A DNA stretch of 64,000 nt from Schmidtea polychroa (taxonomy: Eukaryota): NCBI GenBank assembly GCA_044892525.1, contig CM097885.1, positions 29,328,001 to 29,392,000 of the forward strand, read 5' to 3'. Below, one piece after another: positions 34,141 to 49,889 of the stretch. Made by a program: the position numbers and the translations under genes. Position 1 is the stretch's first letter, and every line of letters begins with the position of its first letter. Below the pieces are notes generated by a model that was given only the letters and a program-made list of their open reading frames with translations, was not told the origin of the DNA and ran no database searches.

Positions 34141-36516
34141 TAAAGTTTACAGTTACATTTTCTTACCCGTTATTAATCAGGTTTCTATTTTATTTTTTAT
34201 ATAAAAACACTTAAAAACGCTGTCCCAGTCATTCGTGTCAAATAGAAAACAAAACATTTATCTAAAGTCTATAAAAATAGAAAAAAATTATATATTTTTT
34301 AATTATTTCATTGCTACAACTCTATCACTATTAAAATTTTATTTATATTTATTTGATAATTAATATTATAATATTTTTTGTGTATTTCCTAATTCTCAAC
34401 AATTAAAATCAAACCCGTTTTTTCCATTACAAATTCTTTTTCTTTATTCATTTATTTAATTTTTCGCAATTTGTAATTTCTTTTGAAATTTCTTTAACGA
34501 ATGCAAAAATTATTTTAAAATATTTTTTTTTAATTAAAGACAGCCAGCTATCAATCAAATAATTAAATGATCAAATATTTGAAAGAGACAATTTTAGACG
34601 AAATAAATGATTTTCCTAATTAAATTAAATGTGCGCAATTAATTAGAATGCATTATATTTCGCAATTAAGTTATTATTCAAAGATATTATTATAATTAAA
34701 TAATTAAAATTAATTAAATTAAAATACACTGGAAATAATATAATATTTATTATATATTTAGCAACATTCCAAATTTTATTTCAAATCTTTATTTTTATAA
34801 CAACCGTTTTATTAAAATCTTACCAAATTAATATTATTATATATATATTTCCCTAATATAAGGAAAAGCATTTTATTAATGAATATTGCCTAATCAGATT
34901 AAGATTTATTGTTTTTAATAAAAAAGGATTTTAATCAATCCAAAACATGTACGGGGACGTTTTGAAGGTTACAAAGTGCTAATGTTGGTTTAAAAGATTT
35001 TTTAGTGGTGATTTTGATTTCTATATGGGATATTGATACTTTAAAATCACTGATTGAGTCGGATCTAATATTAACCATATAAGAAATAACAGTGCAAAGA
35101 TACCTTCATATTATTGGAAAAGTAACGTTGAAAAAGGACCTGTTGTTTAGTGGCACGTTTACACATTTTTATGAGCTAGTGACCACAAAGTGACCATCAA
35201 CATAATTTATCCAAAATTAAAGCTTATTTATTTTTTAACGAATATTAATCCAATTTTGAAATCTTTTTTCATTTGATCAAGATTTTGTATTATGAGTATT
35301 CTTGACAAATTGCTTGGAATTTGAATGAAAATTTAGATCTTCAAAGGCGAATACATAGAAACTTTGAGAAACACATGCTATATATTCAAATTTATATTAA
35401 GGAATATCAACTGATCTGCCATTTGAACTATTTTTAATATTATAATTTTTAACATTTTATTATTTAGAAATTATATATTCTAATTAAATTTCATTTTATT
35501 CTGACAGCAATGAAAAATAATAATAAGTCAAATTATTGTGATGTTGTGACAAATGATTTCCAAATGAATTTATATTTAAATGATTTCAAAACTTTTGAAA
35601 ATATTGTTTTCACACCGATAATAATTACTTGTAATGGTTAATTCTGATTACTCCCGTTTGTGTGCGCACAATTCTTCTCCAGTGCAGACGCGAGTAGTCG
35701 AGTTTTGATTTTTATTGGAATTTTTCGGTTTTCGTTTCTGGAATTTGGTTTTGTGGGAGTTGTTTGAAAAAGTATTTTTTCTTGGATTTTCAATTTTTGG
35801 TTTCTACTTGGATTGTAGAATAGTCAGAATAGGCCAGTGTTGTTCAAAATTTTTGAGCCACGGCACACTTGACTGAATTAAAAATTTACGCGGCACACCT
35901 AAATTTTTTTTTGCTTTATTTGCAATTTTTTATTGCACTTTTACTAATCTTTTAATAAGAAAAGAAAAACTTATTTACTTGAAATAAATTTAATATAAAA
36001 AATATTAAATTTAGAAAAATTAGTGAATGAAAAATTCATAAAACATAAGTAGATAGATAATGCACCGCTAGACCAGGACTCCGCTGGACATCATACCCCC
36101 CCCCCCACCCCCAGCCCCCACTCTAGGGGAAATTTTTAAAATTCTTTTCAAGGTCAAATTTTTTAATGTAAAGTTCATTTTTTTTTAAATTTGAAATTTG
36201 AGAGTTCCCGACAAGAGATATTATTATTATTTGAAAATAAAGGTCTTTGAAACACAGGGATTATTATTATATATACTCTGAGTTTATCCGACAAGATATT
36301 CTGTCCCCCTATGGGTATTGCTCACAAGGGTACTGGTCATATGCAACATGTCGCAAGGGTATTAATAAACAAATCAACATTGTATTTTTATTATTTTATT
36401 ATTATTATTATTATTATTATTTTTTTATTTATTATTTATTTATATTTTTATTTTTATTATTTATTTATATTTTTATTTTTATTATTTTATTATTATTATT
36501 ATTATTATTATTTTTA

Positions 36517-36552
<36 letters not shown>

Positions 36553-36705
36553 CATTTTTTTTTATTTATTTATTTTTTATTATTCTAATTTATTTATTTA
36601 CTATTTATTTATATTTATATTTTTATTATTTTATTTTATTTTATTTTTATTTATTTATTTTATTTTTTATTTTATTTTTTTATTATTATTTTTATTATTT
36701 TTATT

Positions 36706-36736
<31 letters not shown>

Positions 36737-36749
36737 TTATTATTATTAC

Positions 36750-36840
<91 letters not shown>

Positions 36841-37034
36841 TTCATTATTATTATTATTATTAAGATTTACAAAATTATTATTAGTTTTCATAATAAATTA
36901 AGACATTAAAAGATATATTGAATCACAGATCAATTCGATAACAGTACGTCATCTATATCAATATCATTGGCATCATGGGCTTCATTGTCATCATTATTGA
37001 AATCTGGACTCATTCCGCTAAAAAGTGGACGAAT

Positions 37035-40000
37035 TTATGAAATTACTTGATCAACATCTGGAACATCGACTCCTAAATGATGTCCATATGCGAGACTGGT
37101 ATTAGGAACCACCCATAATCGTTTGTCATCGTTGTTCATCAAGGCTATTTTATTATTTTTAAAAGTAAAAAGCTGGTGGTTACGCGTCCTTATTCTCGTT
37201 TGTGGCACTGTATATACTACGCTGTTGTTGTAGCAGTCTAAATAAGACTGGTGTCTAATATCAGTATTACCAAGCTGAACTCCTTTAGCCCTAAGTGCTG
37301 CCATATCTCCTAACAAACTATAACACTTAGGGCGCAAGAAAACCCACTCGCTATATCCCAGCCCTTTACTCTCATCCTTAAACTTCCCTATAACCGAATC
37401 CAAGCTCTTAGAATACAAAGGATGAGCAGGATCGTAATTTGACGTGTCTAGAAGGCTGTCTCTTATCATTGCCGGCAAAAGAGTGTCAAGCTTACAGTGC
37501 TTTATCTCTAAGAAAAAGGAGTCGGTGTCGCCGGCAACAATATTTATTTCCAATTAAACTCTGTCCTATATTTCGCCAGTTCATTATATTGAAGTTCATA
37601 CATCCGCAGTTTAGACAGATCTAACACTGTTTGACCAATATAGCTAGGCCTGTCTAAACATATAGAATCTTTATCCAGATGAGCCACAATCAGATCATCA
37701 GCAATTTTGATAGATTTTCTGAAAGTTGGCTTTGAGGCATATACAATCATCTTTTCAGCTGAATTGCATAGCCTCAAATTCATCCTTTTCTTTAAGTTCT
37801 CAACGGATTTCCCATATAAGCTGTTGTTATAAAGCTTAAACAAATCTCTATATAACTCACTGGTGGATTGTGCTCTTAATGTTGTGTTTTTATCAATGTA
37901 CGATTTAAAAATGGGTGCTTGCGTGAATTTAGCTGCTCTATAAATTTTAACCACCGTCACACCGAGTGAAAGATAAAGTTTAAAAAGTCTCCAATGAAGA
38001 ACATAGTTCTTCTTTGGCCAATGCGTGAGCATCAGCTTCTCGACTTTGGAGTTCGGTGGACACATCTTTTCCGCAGCAATAGAAAAGTCATTAAGGAAGT
38101 CATGCAAGCATTCAGGTATATCGATATCAACTTCCATAGTATACCCATATGGAAGGTTATCAATATCATCATTCACACATTCAGAAAGTATAATATCCAA
38201 ATCATCATACACTCATACAAAGTCAGCATAAGGCAGATTTTGGCTTAAGGCCCAACCATACAAGTTATTAATATCTATGTACAAGAGTTCAGTGCTTCAG
38301 AACTAGCAACATAATGTTTGTTAACAAATGTTAACCCACCCCGTATCCCTCCTTCATAGAAATTAAACATTTCCATGTCCTGCAAAAGTTCTATAGGTTC
38401 CGTTAATGTCATAAGCGCTGAAGCCCATGACATACCGGGAATGCCATAGAAATTAAGAGGCTCAAGACCATTGTAAGCAATGGCCTTTGCACGGAATTGT
38501 TGAAATTAGTCTGCGAGGAGAAATACATCTAATTTAAGGTAAGTTAACATGTAATCTAACATGTTATTGCAATTTTGCTGAGTCCAAATAACTTGGGCTA
38601 ATGCATACTCATCATTAGACACTGAATCCCAGATCGGAGGTAGTTCATATGTAGTCTCAAGAACATCAAATGAGGTAGCGAAGTCATATGGAAAGATACC
38701 TTTGGATCGAACAATTGCGCCATCAAAAACAGAAGAAGTTAAAGGCAGATCGGAAAGAGTCTTAACCGCATTTGCTAAAGATGAATTAACAAACTGCATG
38801 CTGTCAATAAAATGAACAGGCAATTTGTTAATATACGCGATGAGAGAGATGAATTATTCAGTAGTAGTCGGAATAATATTTAATTCCCAAGAAGGAAAAT
38901 TATTCAAGCCATACTTCAAAATATGATGGAGATCATACCCCCTCATATTATGAAACACAACCGGTAACTGTCTCTGAATTCGCCGAGAAACATTACATTT
39001 CCTACAAGCAGCACCAAGATACTTGCCTGAGAAGTGGCAATGATCCCTAACTCTATCTCTAATGAATTTTTTACACAGATAACAGGTTCTGGAATCTCTA
39101 TATGCCCGCTGTTGAACGAAAGACAAAGTTTGCATGGGCTTTTTCCCATTAATTTCGTAATATGGCAGGACAATTGTGACAGCAATTTCCTCCACCTTAC
39201 GCAAGAAAGACAACACACAATCCTCACCAACAAACTCATAATAAAATCTAGTGTTATTATAATTATTAATTAATAACATGCCTGCTGTTATTGGCAAGTG
39301 CTTTTGATGGTGTATTATATCCTCAGGTAAAATTGCCTCAAAATCGGCATATATCACGAATGGCGGGGTGATTGTCTTCGCATAATTTTGAAAAATTAAA
39401 TTTTTCTCCTTAGGTAGTGTGTATAATGTAGTACCTATCTGGTTTTTTATGCATAAGGCGACATGAATATCAAATGCATTTTTATGTCTAAAACCATTGA
39501 GACAATGGGGACACCAGTTCACTCTAATCCAAAGGTTGCAGGAGCTACTGGGATGTGAGTTCATTAATTTTTGTAAGTTAAAAACTGCGGTATAATGGAA
39601 ATTATCACCGTCTTCCAATAAAAGTAAGTATATGGGTTCACCACCTATAACTTTAGAGCGGTGAATAATATCTAAATGAGGATGATGGGGAATATAGTTA
39701 CTATCATCGTTTTCTATAGGCTTAGCTGGGGTCTTTTTATAAATTAAAACATTTATTGATAAATTTAAATCCTTGTTTTTCCTTTCAAATTTAGGGATAT
39801 CACATAATTTCATGGGGCAATCATCTATGGGGTCAAAATTTAACTCGTCAAGATAATTTTCATAGGAACTAACACGATTTCTATGATGACGTATAACATT
39901 ACGTTTTAACAGTGCTAAAATGCTATAGATAAAGCACATATCGTCGGTGTTTTTGACGTTTACTATTGCTTTTTTAGAATTTAAAGCTGATGGGGTGTGT

Positions 40001-40884
40001 ATATAACTATGTCCAGCTAGCCTATTCATATGTGTATTTTTAGTTAAGATAAAATCTATCTCTTTGATTTCAACTACCCGCCATCCGCTACCCAAATATG
40101 TGAACTTTTCAATTTTATTATTTAATCTGGTGATTCCATTAATCAAAAAATTTTCTGAAAAAACTTCTGCGCTATTAGAGAAAAAATTATCTCTAATTTC
40201 CCCATCTTTTTCGAATTGGATTAAAACGGTGAATTGTATTTTAACTGTGCCCATACCTACGATTTCGGCAATTAATTTATTTATAATTTTATTTGTAAGG
40301 GAAATTTGCACCAAGTTATCCTTTTCCATATTAAAGCGTAAATTTTTTCCCGCCCCCTTAAAATCGACTTCTATTTCTGGTTCATCGTCAATATCGATCG
40401 AACTCTTATTATTTACTGAACCACCTATTTGATTATATACAGAATCACCAGTTGTATTAATTTTAATAATTTTAGAGGGAACACCAGACCCAAAACTAAC
40501 AGCAGGTTGTTTATTATTTAGAATATTATTTATTTTAGTATTTAGATTAGTATTATTTACATTATTATTTACATGTTTTGTATTATTATTTATAGGTTTT
40601 GTATTTATGTGTTTTGTGGTATTATGTGTTGATTGTTGTATTTTAATAAACAATTTCTTTTTATTTAAAGAGAACCGATTTAAATGTGATTTGTGAATAT
40701 TATAAAACTCTATATATTTAATGCTTTGGGAAGTCTCGCATATTGGACATATAAAGTAGTTGATGCCATAGAATCTATGACCGTAGTATTTTTTCATATT
40801 TTTATGGCATATATTTGTATGATCATTTGATGACATGCAGTAGCGTGGGTATAATTTACCTGATAAATTATAAATATATATCAA
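37035..40884 (-). pseudogene. polB: Protein-primed family B DNA polymerase with OTU-like and endonuclease VII-like domains; two in-frame stops and several frameshifts
   Basis: DDMCFIYS..FHY; YADFE, HNMRGYD, YLKLDV (exonuclease); CYLC..DHCH..G..ACRKCN; DINNLYG, KLYNNSLYGK, GDTDS, LRPKCY, KGV. Confidence 0.95.
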
Positions 40885-41605
40885 ATATATTAATAGATTT
40901 AAATATTAATAAAATATTGCATTTATATTTAATGCCTTTATTAACAATTCTTAAGCCGTATTTATCGCATAATAATTATAAAACGGAATAATAATCGGAA
41001 TACATATATAATTTATTGTAATATTATCATTATCAGAGGTATAAAATATGGGAGATATCATAAATATTATTATAATTGTTATTATTATTATTATATCTAA
41101 TATTACTATTTTTTTTTAATATTATTATTAGAGAAAGTAGTTGCGTGCTCAATGTAAACTATGTTTCACAATTAATATTTTCAAAGTATTATTTCTATTC
41201 AATTATTATTTTCATAACAACTTATTAATTTCAACATCATTTTCAGGAACATATTCATATTTGTCATAATTTTCAGATTTTTCATAATTTTTTATTTTTT
41301 TTTTCAGAAAAATTTTCATAATTTTCAGGAACATTTCATTATTTTCAACATTTTCATAATTATTTTCACAAAAATTTTCATATTTTTCATAATTTTCAAC
41401 ATTTTCATAATAATTTCAGGAACATTTTCATAATTTTCAGCATTTTCATAAGTTTCTGGAACATTCTCATAATTTTCAACATTTTCATAATAATTTCAGG
41501 AAATTTTTTCATCATTTTCATAATTTATATGTGGTTATTAAACAAATTAATTATCAAACACAATTTTTAATTAATTTAAAAAAATAATAATAAAATATAA
41601 CTAAC

Positions 41606-42233
41606 ATTTTGATTCTATATCGGAATCATCCTCAGATTCATCCCCATAAGAAACGGAGGCATGATTAATTTCCTCCTCAATAGACGTGAGGGCATATTCA
41701 CCAGAAACATTATTAATATTTGGGGCATTTTCAACATTCGAGGTATCATCACCTAAAGTTTTTGTAATTCATTAATTAAATGAAATAAATTTACCCGTTG
41801 ATTCCATGATAATATTTCGGGTATTGTCCTCAATAACATTTTCACCGTCATTAACAGGCTGATCAACTAAATAATTTTATTTTCAATTAAATTTTAAAAA
41901 TAAATTACTTAATAAAAGATCTTCTTCATTGTCACTAATAATAATTGGCAAATCTTGATTAATTTTTGTCGGCCTCGGTGACTTCATACCATAAATTCTC
42001 TAAAATAATAAATAATAATAATAAAAATAAAATAATTTACCGTTTTCTCCGGCCAACATGGCGCGTAAAATATTATCTAATTCACCATCAATTTTTAATC
42101 GAAAATTTTTTAGTCGAAAATTTGTAAAATTTAAAAATAATTGTGACGAATTTGAAAGTTGTAACTGCTTATAAAGAAAATGAATATTTTCCGATCCAAT
42201 CAAAATCAAGGAAGGGATAGGACAAAAGTACAT
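41606..42233 (-). pseudogene. Multi-exon acidic protein gene inside the Polinton
   Basis: GT-AG introns 42000-42040, 41867-41908, 41753-41794 (41-42 nt, all phase 1) and a further donor at 41605; the frame joins if one extra A in a poly-A run near 41965 is removed. Confidence 0.6.
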
Positions 42234-42483
42234 TACGTTGCGGTATTTTAAAACTTAAATATATTTTAAAAACACATTTTGACACTAAATTTGATTTATT
42301 TAAAATTTTCATAATTTGCATTAATTTCATGATTATTTTCAATATTTTCATGATTGTTTTCTTCAAAATCTTATATTATTTACAAATTATTATTACTATT
42401 ACTATTATTATTATTATTATTATTTTTATTTTTTATATTATTATTATTATTTTATTATTATTAATATTTTTAATATTATTTTT

Positions 42484-42550
<67 letters not shown>

Positions 42551-42722
42551 TTTTTTATTATTTTTATTTTTTATTATTATTATAATTATTATTATTACTG
42601 TTATTATTATCATTATTATTATCATCATTATTTTATTATTATTATTAATATTATTAATATTATTTTTATTATTATTATTATTAACTTTCATATTATTAGT
42701 AACTTTCAAGGGATTTTATTAT

Positions 42723-43858
<1,136 letters not shown>

Positions 43859-43863
<5 letters not shown>

Positions 43864-44755
43864 CACGCAAGCACCCATTTTTAAATCGTACATTGATAAA
43901 AACACAACATTAAGAGCACAATCCACCAGTGAGTTATATAGAGATTTGTTTAAGCTTTATAACAACAGCTTATATGGGAAATCCGTTGAGAACTTAAAGA
44001 AAAGGATGAATTTGAGGCTATGCAATTCAGCTGAAAAGATGATTGTATATGCCTCAAAGCCAATTTTCAGAAAATCTATCAAAATTGCTGATGATCTGAT
44101 TGTGGCTCATCTGGATAAAGATTCTATATGTTTAGACAGGCCTAGCTATATTGGTCAAACAGTGTTAGATCTGTCTAAACTGCGGATGTATGAACTTCAA
44201 TATAATGAACTGGCGAAATATAGGACAGAGTTTAATTGCGAAATAAATATTGTTGCCGGCGACACCGACTCCTTTTTCTTAGAGATAAAGCACTGTAAGC
44301 TTGACACTCTTTTGTTGGCAATGATAAGAGACAGCCTTCTAGACACGTCAAATTACGATCCTGCTCATCCTTTGTATTCTAAGAGCTTGGATTCGGTTAT
44401 AGGGAAGTTTAAGGATGAGAGTAAAGGGCTGGGATATAGCGAGTGGGTTTTCTTGCGCCCTAAGTGTTATAGTTTGTTAAGAGATAAGGCAGCACTTAGG
44501 GCTAAAGGAGTTCAGCTTGGTAATACTGATATTAGACATCAGTCTTATTTAGACTGCTACAACAACAGCGTAGTATATACAGTGCCACAAACGAGAATAG
44601 GGACGCGTAACCACCAGCTCTTTACTTTTAAAAATAATAAAATAGCCTTGACGAACAACGATGACAAACGATTATGGGTGGTTCCTAATACCAGTCTCGC
44701 ATATGGACATCATTTAGGAGTCGATGTTCCAGATGTTGATCAAGTAATTTCATAA
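43859..44755 (+). pseudogene. polB: Inverted duplicate of the polB 3' portion
   Basis: Near-identical translation to 37035-37930, without the frameshift at ~37550. Confidence 0.95.
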
Positions 44756-44949
44756 ATTCGTCCACTTTTTAGCGGAATGAGTCCAGATTTCAATGATGAT
44801 GACAATGAAGCCCATGATGCCAATGATATTGATATAGATGACGTATTGTTATCGAATTGATCTGTGATTCAATATATCTTTTAATGTCTTAATTTATTAT
44901 GAAAACTAATAATAATTTTGTAAATCTTAATAATAATAATAATAATGAA

Positions 44950-45011
<62 letters not shown>

Positions 45012-45199
45012 TAATAAAAATAATAAAAATAATAATAAAAAAATAAAATAAAAAATAAAATAAATAAATAAAAATAAAATAAAATAAAATAATAAAAATA
45101 TAAATATAAATAAATAGTAAATAAATAAATTAGAATAATAAAAAATAAATAAATAAAAAGAAATGATAATAATAATAATAATAATAATAATAATATAAA

Positions 45200-45245
<46 letters not shown>

Positions 45246-46439
45246 TAATAAAAATAAAAATATAAATAAATAATAAATAAAAAAATTAAAATATTAGAAA
45301 AAAAAATAAATAAAAAAAAAATAATAATAATAATAATAATAATAAAATAATAAAAATACAATGTTGATTTGTTTAATAATACCCTTGCGACATGTTGAAT
45401 ATTACCAGTACCCTTGTGAGCAATACCCATAGGGGGACAGAATATCTTGTCGGATAAACTCAGAGTATATATAATAATAATCCCTGTGTTTCAAAGACCT
45501 TTATTTTCAAATAATAATAATATCTCTTGTCGGGAACTCTCAAATTTAAAATTTAAAAAAAAAATGAACTTTACATTAAAAAATTTGACCTTGAAAAGAA
45601 TTTTAAAAATTTCCCCTAGAGTGGGGGGGTGGGGGAGGGGGTATGTTGTCCAGCGGAGTCCTGGTCTAGCGGTGCCCTTTCTATCTACTAACATAGTTAA
45701 TGAGATTTATGTGCTTGACGTTCCGAACAAATAAATTTCGCACTTAATTGACTGATTAACATTTAAATTTGAAATAACTGGTAAAATATCCACAACTCAA
45801 TTTTCTTTTATTAAGTTGTTTGGAAAAACAGGGTTTTTTTGACTTTTTTTAAAAAAATTTCACGGCACACAGTTTGGACAACACTGGAATAGGCCTTTTA
45901 TTGCGATATTCGGAATTTTGTAAAGAGTAGATTATACGAATTTGAATACAAATACGCGTTGAGTATTGTTTGGATAATTGTTTTTACAAAACACGTGGAG
46001 TCAGAAACACCGACTTAATTATTTATTTATTTGAAAAACTCAACAGTTCCATCAACATCAATGTAAAATATGACAAAATTATCAAACTATTACGCAAATT
46101 AATAAATAACTAAACATAGAAATATTGTGTGCTTGAAACAGAAAGATATCTCTAATTATAAACGTTTTGTCGGCAATATTATCCCTTAATTAAGACCGCT
46201 TTCTAAAATTCTGATAAAATACAAATGTATAAATTAACAGTTCATCATTTCATTAATAATTTGTTTTACTAGATTAAATAGAGATTTACAAATGTAAATA
46301 ATGAGGTGTGACTATTTCAAATTAATTTTATTATTATAAGTGTAATTCAGTAAAATATGTGATTAAAAACTTCGAGAAAGTTGATAAATTTATTAACTTT
46401 TTAATTTACTAGAAAATGGTTGCAATTCTTTCTATATCT

Positions 46440-46595
46440 CAGGTCTCAAACACTGCGTTACATTTGGCGGCCCGCAACGAAAAAACATAGATTTGTAATT
46501 TAACCAAACTTATTTAACAATTAAAATCATAATTGGCTGTATAAATTAAAACTTATCTTTTTAATTATTTTTATTTATACATATGACGTTATACA

Positions 46596-46656
<61 letters not shown>

Positions 46657-46837
46657 GTTATTACTATTATATATAAAAAAATGTTTTTTAGTTTTGTTGA
46701 GTTTTAAATTAAATAAATATTAACGTCAGAGTTTCAGACTCTACATGTTCTGAAAAACAATTATTTATGTTGCGGCCCGCCGGCTCATAATACTAGTCTA
46801 ATGCGGCCCGCAGGCCAGTTTGAGTTTGAAACCCCTG
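46440..46837. mobile_element. hAT MITE containing an (ATT)n tract
   Basis: Ends CAGG.CTCAAAC / GTTTGAAACCCCTG; TSD CTATATCT at 46432-46439 and 46838-46845; gcggcccgc subterminal repeats. Confidence 0.88.
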
Positions 46838-47139
46838 CTATATCTACTCAAAAAATGATTCTTTTTCAATGACACCAAGCCAATGTCCATATATTTCTAT
46901 TGTAGAAAATTAATTTATATATATAGTTTGACTATGAATCAGTAAAGATATTAATAAATTCACTTAAAAAAGAGCAGTGCCGAAAATTCGTGAATATCAA
47001 AAGTCAAGCTTTTTAGTAAATACAATGTCAATGGAAAAGAAATCAGTGGTGAAATTTCAGAAAATAATGGATTCCAGGGTAAATATTGGCGGTAAAGGTC
47101 TGTCGTATTTAAAATCAAACATTTGAATCAGTTTTAATA

Positions 47140-48085
47140 ACATTTTTTATTTTAATCAACAATATGATCATTATTCTCAACCTCTCGATGCGATCTTTTA
47201 GGTAGCTTTTCAATCCACCCAAAATATGGAGACAACTTCGAAAGATTTAAATTTATTTCTTGTCAGATAATTCTGAAACGTTCGAAATAGATAGTAATCT
47301 AATGGAACTATGTCAGGTGAATATGATGGGTGACTATCCAAACTCATCCAACGTTTGTTGCGTAATCATTACGGTATCTGATTTTGCATTATCGTAATGG
47401 AAAAAACTCCTTTACTGTTCGCTAATACTGGCCTCTTTCCCTGGAGAACTTTATTCAATTTATCAAGCTGATTATAATATGTGTTCGCATTGATAGTTTG
47501 CTACTGTTTAAGTAGTTCGTAATACACTGGATCTCTTCTATTTCACAACAACAATAGATTCACATTTCCATTGATGGAGATCTGGTTTTGATATAATTGT
47601 GGCCGATGTTTCAGGTTCGCAGTTCTCTCTATATTCTCATAAAGGATCCACTTTTCATCTCCCGTAATGAGCTTGTCCAAAAATGACTCTAAGTTTTTTT
47701 AATAAGGAGAGATGAACAGATTCTCACAATATCCAAAAAATTTCTTTCAGTCAAATTGTGCGGAACTCAAATACTTTGCTTCCAGACAAATCCAAAATAT
47801 TTGATGTGTTCATCAGCAGTCGAATGGTGGATTCCGAGTTCCTAAGCAATTGCTCTAGCGGTTAGATATGAATTACTCTCCAATATGGACCATAAAATAC
47901 CATTATCAACTTTGGATAGTCGTCCAAATCTACAATCTTCTTTGAGACTGAAATCTCCGGAGTGAAATTTGTCAAACCATCTTTCGCCGATCCGAACATT
48001 TACAACTATACTTCCAAACGTATCACATAAGTTTTTACAATCAACCAAGGCGTTGGTTTCTTTCTGGAACTCGTACCAAATGTTG
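47140..48085 (-). pseudogene. Mariner transposase, decayed
   Basis: RWFDKF.SGDFSL, *VPHNL, ITGDEKWILY, DNA, HPSYSPDIVPLDYYLF. Confidence 0.92.
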
Positions 48086-49889
48086 AGGTTCTCAAATCTC
48101 AGCTTGATGGTTCCTATATAAATAAGAACACAAACACTGATTCAACAAATTTATTTATTTATCACAATTACAAATATAAAGAATATACCAATTACCTCCA
48201 AATACCTTCAACTTGTGTTTTCTCTGCGTGTATGTGTGTATTTGAATGCTTGCAGCTTCCTGATCTCGGATGTGTAAATAGGTGTGCTCTAAATTTGATT
48301 GTAATATCAGTTTCTGAATTTGCAATTGTTCTTGAAAGATTTTATTTTAGGGTGATTTGACTGAGAAATCAGTCTGTTTATATAGTAAATCTTTTCTTTG
48401 CTTTTAGGAATTGTTAAATAACCATAATTTACAGCTCCATTAACTTTGCAAACATATGGCTTGTTTTGTGACTCAACTCTCTTTAGAAGCATTAAATTCT
48501 AGGACATTGTATTCCATCCTGTCAGACAATCTATTTTGTATTGTGCACTGATTGTGCACTATAATGTAATTATTGCGTACCAATTTCATGAGTCATTTTT
48601 AGAAATATCATAATATTTAACTCCTGAATTTTTGTGATTTATTATCAAATAAGTTGTTTTAACTAAAAACCTTATTTTTTCCAATTTGGCACATTTACTA
48701 GAAAGTCCCATTGTAATTTGTTTTGTGGCATTTGTAAAATTAGCTCTCTGTTTAATTAACTGCTGATGCTTAGATTTAATTGAACTTTTATTTGGAATGT
48801 GGCCGTTTTGTTGATTGCGTAGAGATGATTTCAAAGAATTTACAATGTGTACATATTCAAAAGTCCGGCCGGGATAACTGCACATTTTAAAATTCTAAAT
48901 AAAAGATGTTGAAAATAAAATATTGTTAAAATATTAAATCTTAATTTAGATACAACAATTTAATTTTATTCTTTGTTATTTATTGACTCATTGAATCACA
49001 AAAATTTAAATTGTACACATAAGCAAAATAATGCACTGAATAAACATAGTGCACTTAGTGCCAATCAAGAAAGAAATATCTTAATGGAAATTAAAATAAA
49101 AATATATTAAAAGGATATAATTTATCACTTTAAAATAGAATTGGAAGTGCAATTAAAATTATCATCTAAAGTAATTTGACCTAATTATTTGTGTATGATG
49201 GGTTATATTTTAATTTAATATAAGATATCACCACGAACCAATAAATCAATAAAAAATATATAATTACAGCTTAATAAAATTGTCATGATAACATAAATAA
49301 GTTAATCAATCACCTCCAAATTGTTAATAACCACAAGTTAATATAATAATGTTTATCCCATTAATCACATAGATATTGTCATTATTGATTATTATCCACT
49401 CATCGATTATTTGTCCCTATTATGTAATGTTTCAATCTTCATTCGCCCATCTTCTAACACAAATACAATGTCTTAAATGCATTTTATCCATTGCCATTTT
49501 ATTCTTTCTGTACTTCGCAACTAACTGACGAAGGGTATTGAAAGTAGTTTTCTTATATCCCACAAGAGGCACGCTAAATAATAATCGTTAGTCAAAAAAT
49601 ACGACAACACTAACACTTTCCTACCAACAAGATTAGAAAATTTTCGAGAAAACTAACAAAAATACTTTTCCAATAAAAGATAAAGTATAGAATATAATAT
49701 TATTAGAGCTTTTCTCAATTTTCACCACTAATTTCTTTTCAATTGAAATTGTATTTTATAAAAAACTAGACTCTGAAACTTAAAAGATCGATTGAATTTT
49801 GAAATCTTTACTGATTCATAGTCAACCTTTCATAATAAATACAATAAAATATAATGGTAAATTCGATTATCCATTAACATATTGCCATA

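Noticed and set aside
36930..37034. Acidic in-frame extension after the polB stop as programmed readthrough
   Set aside because: The TAA is shared by all three copies only because they derive from one template; no independent evidence
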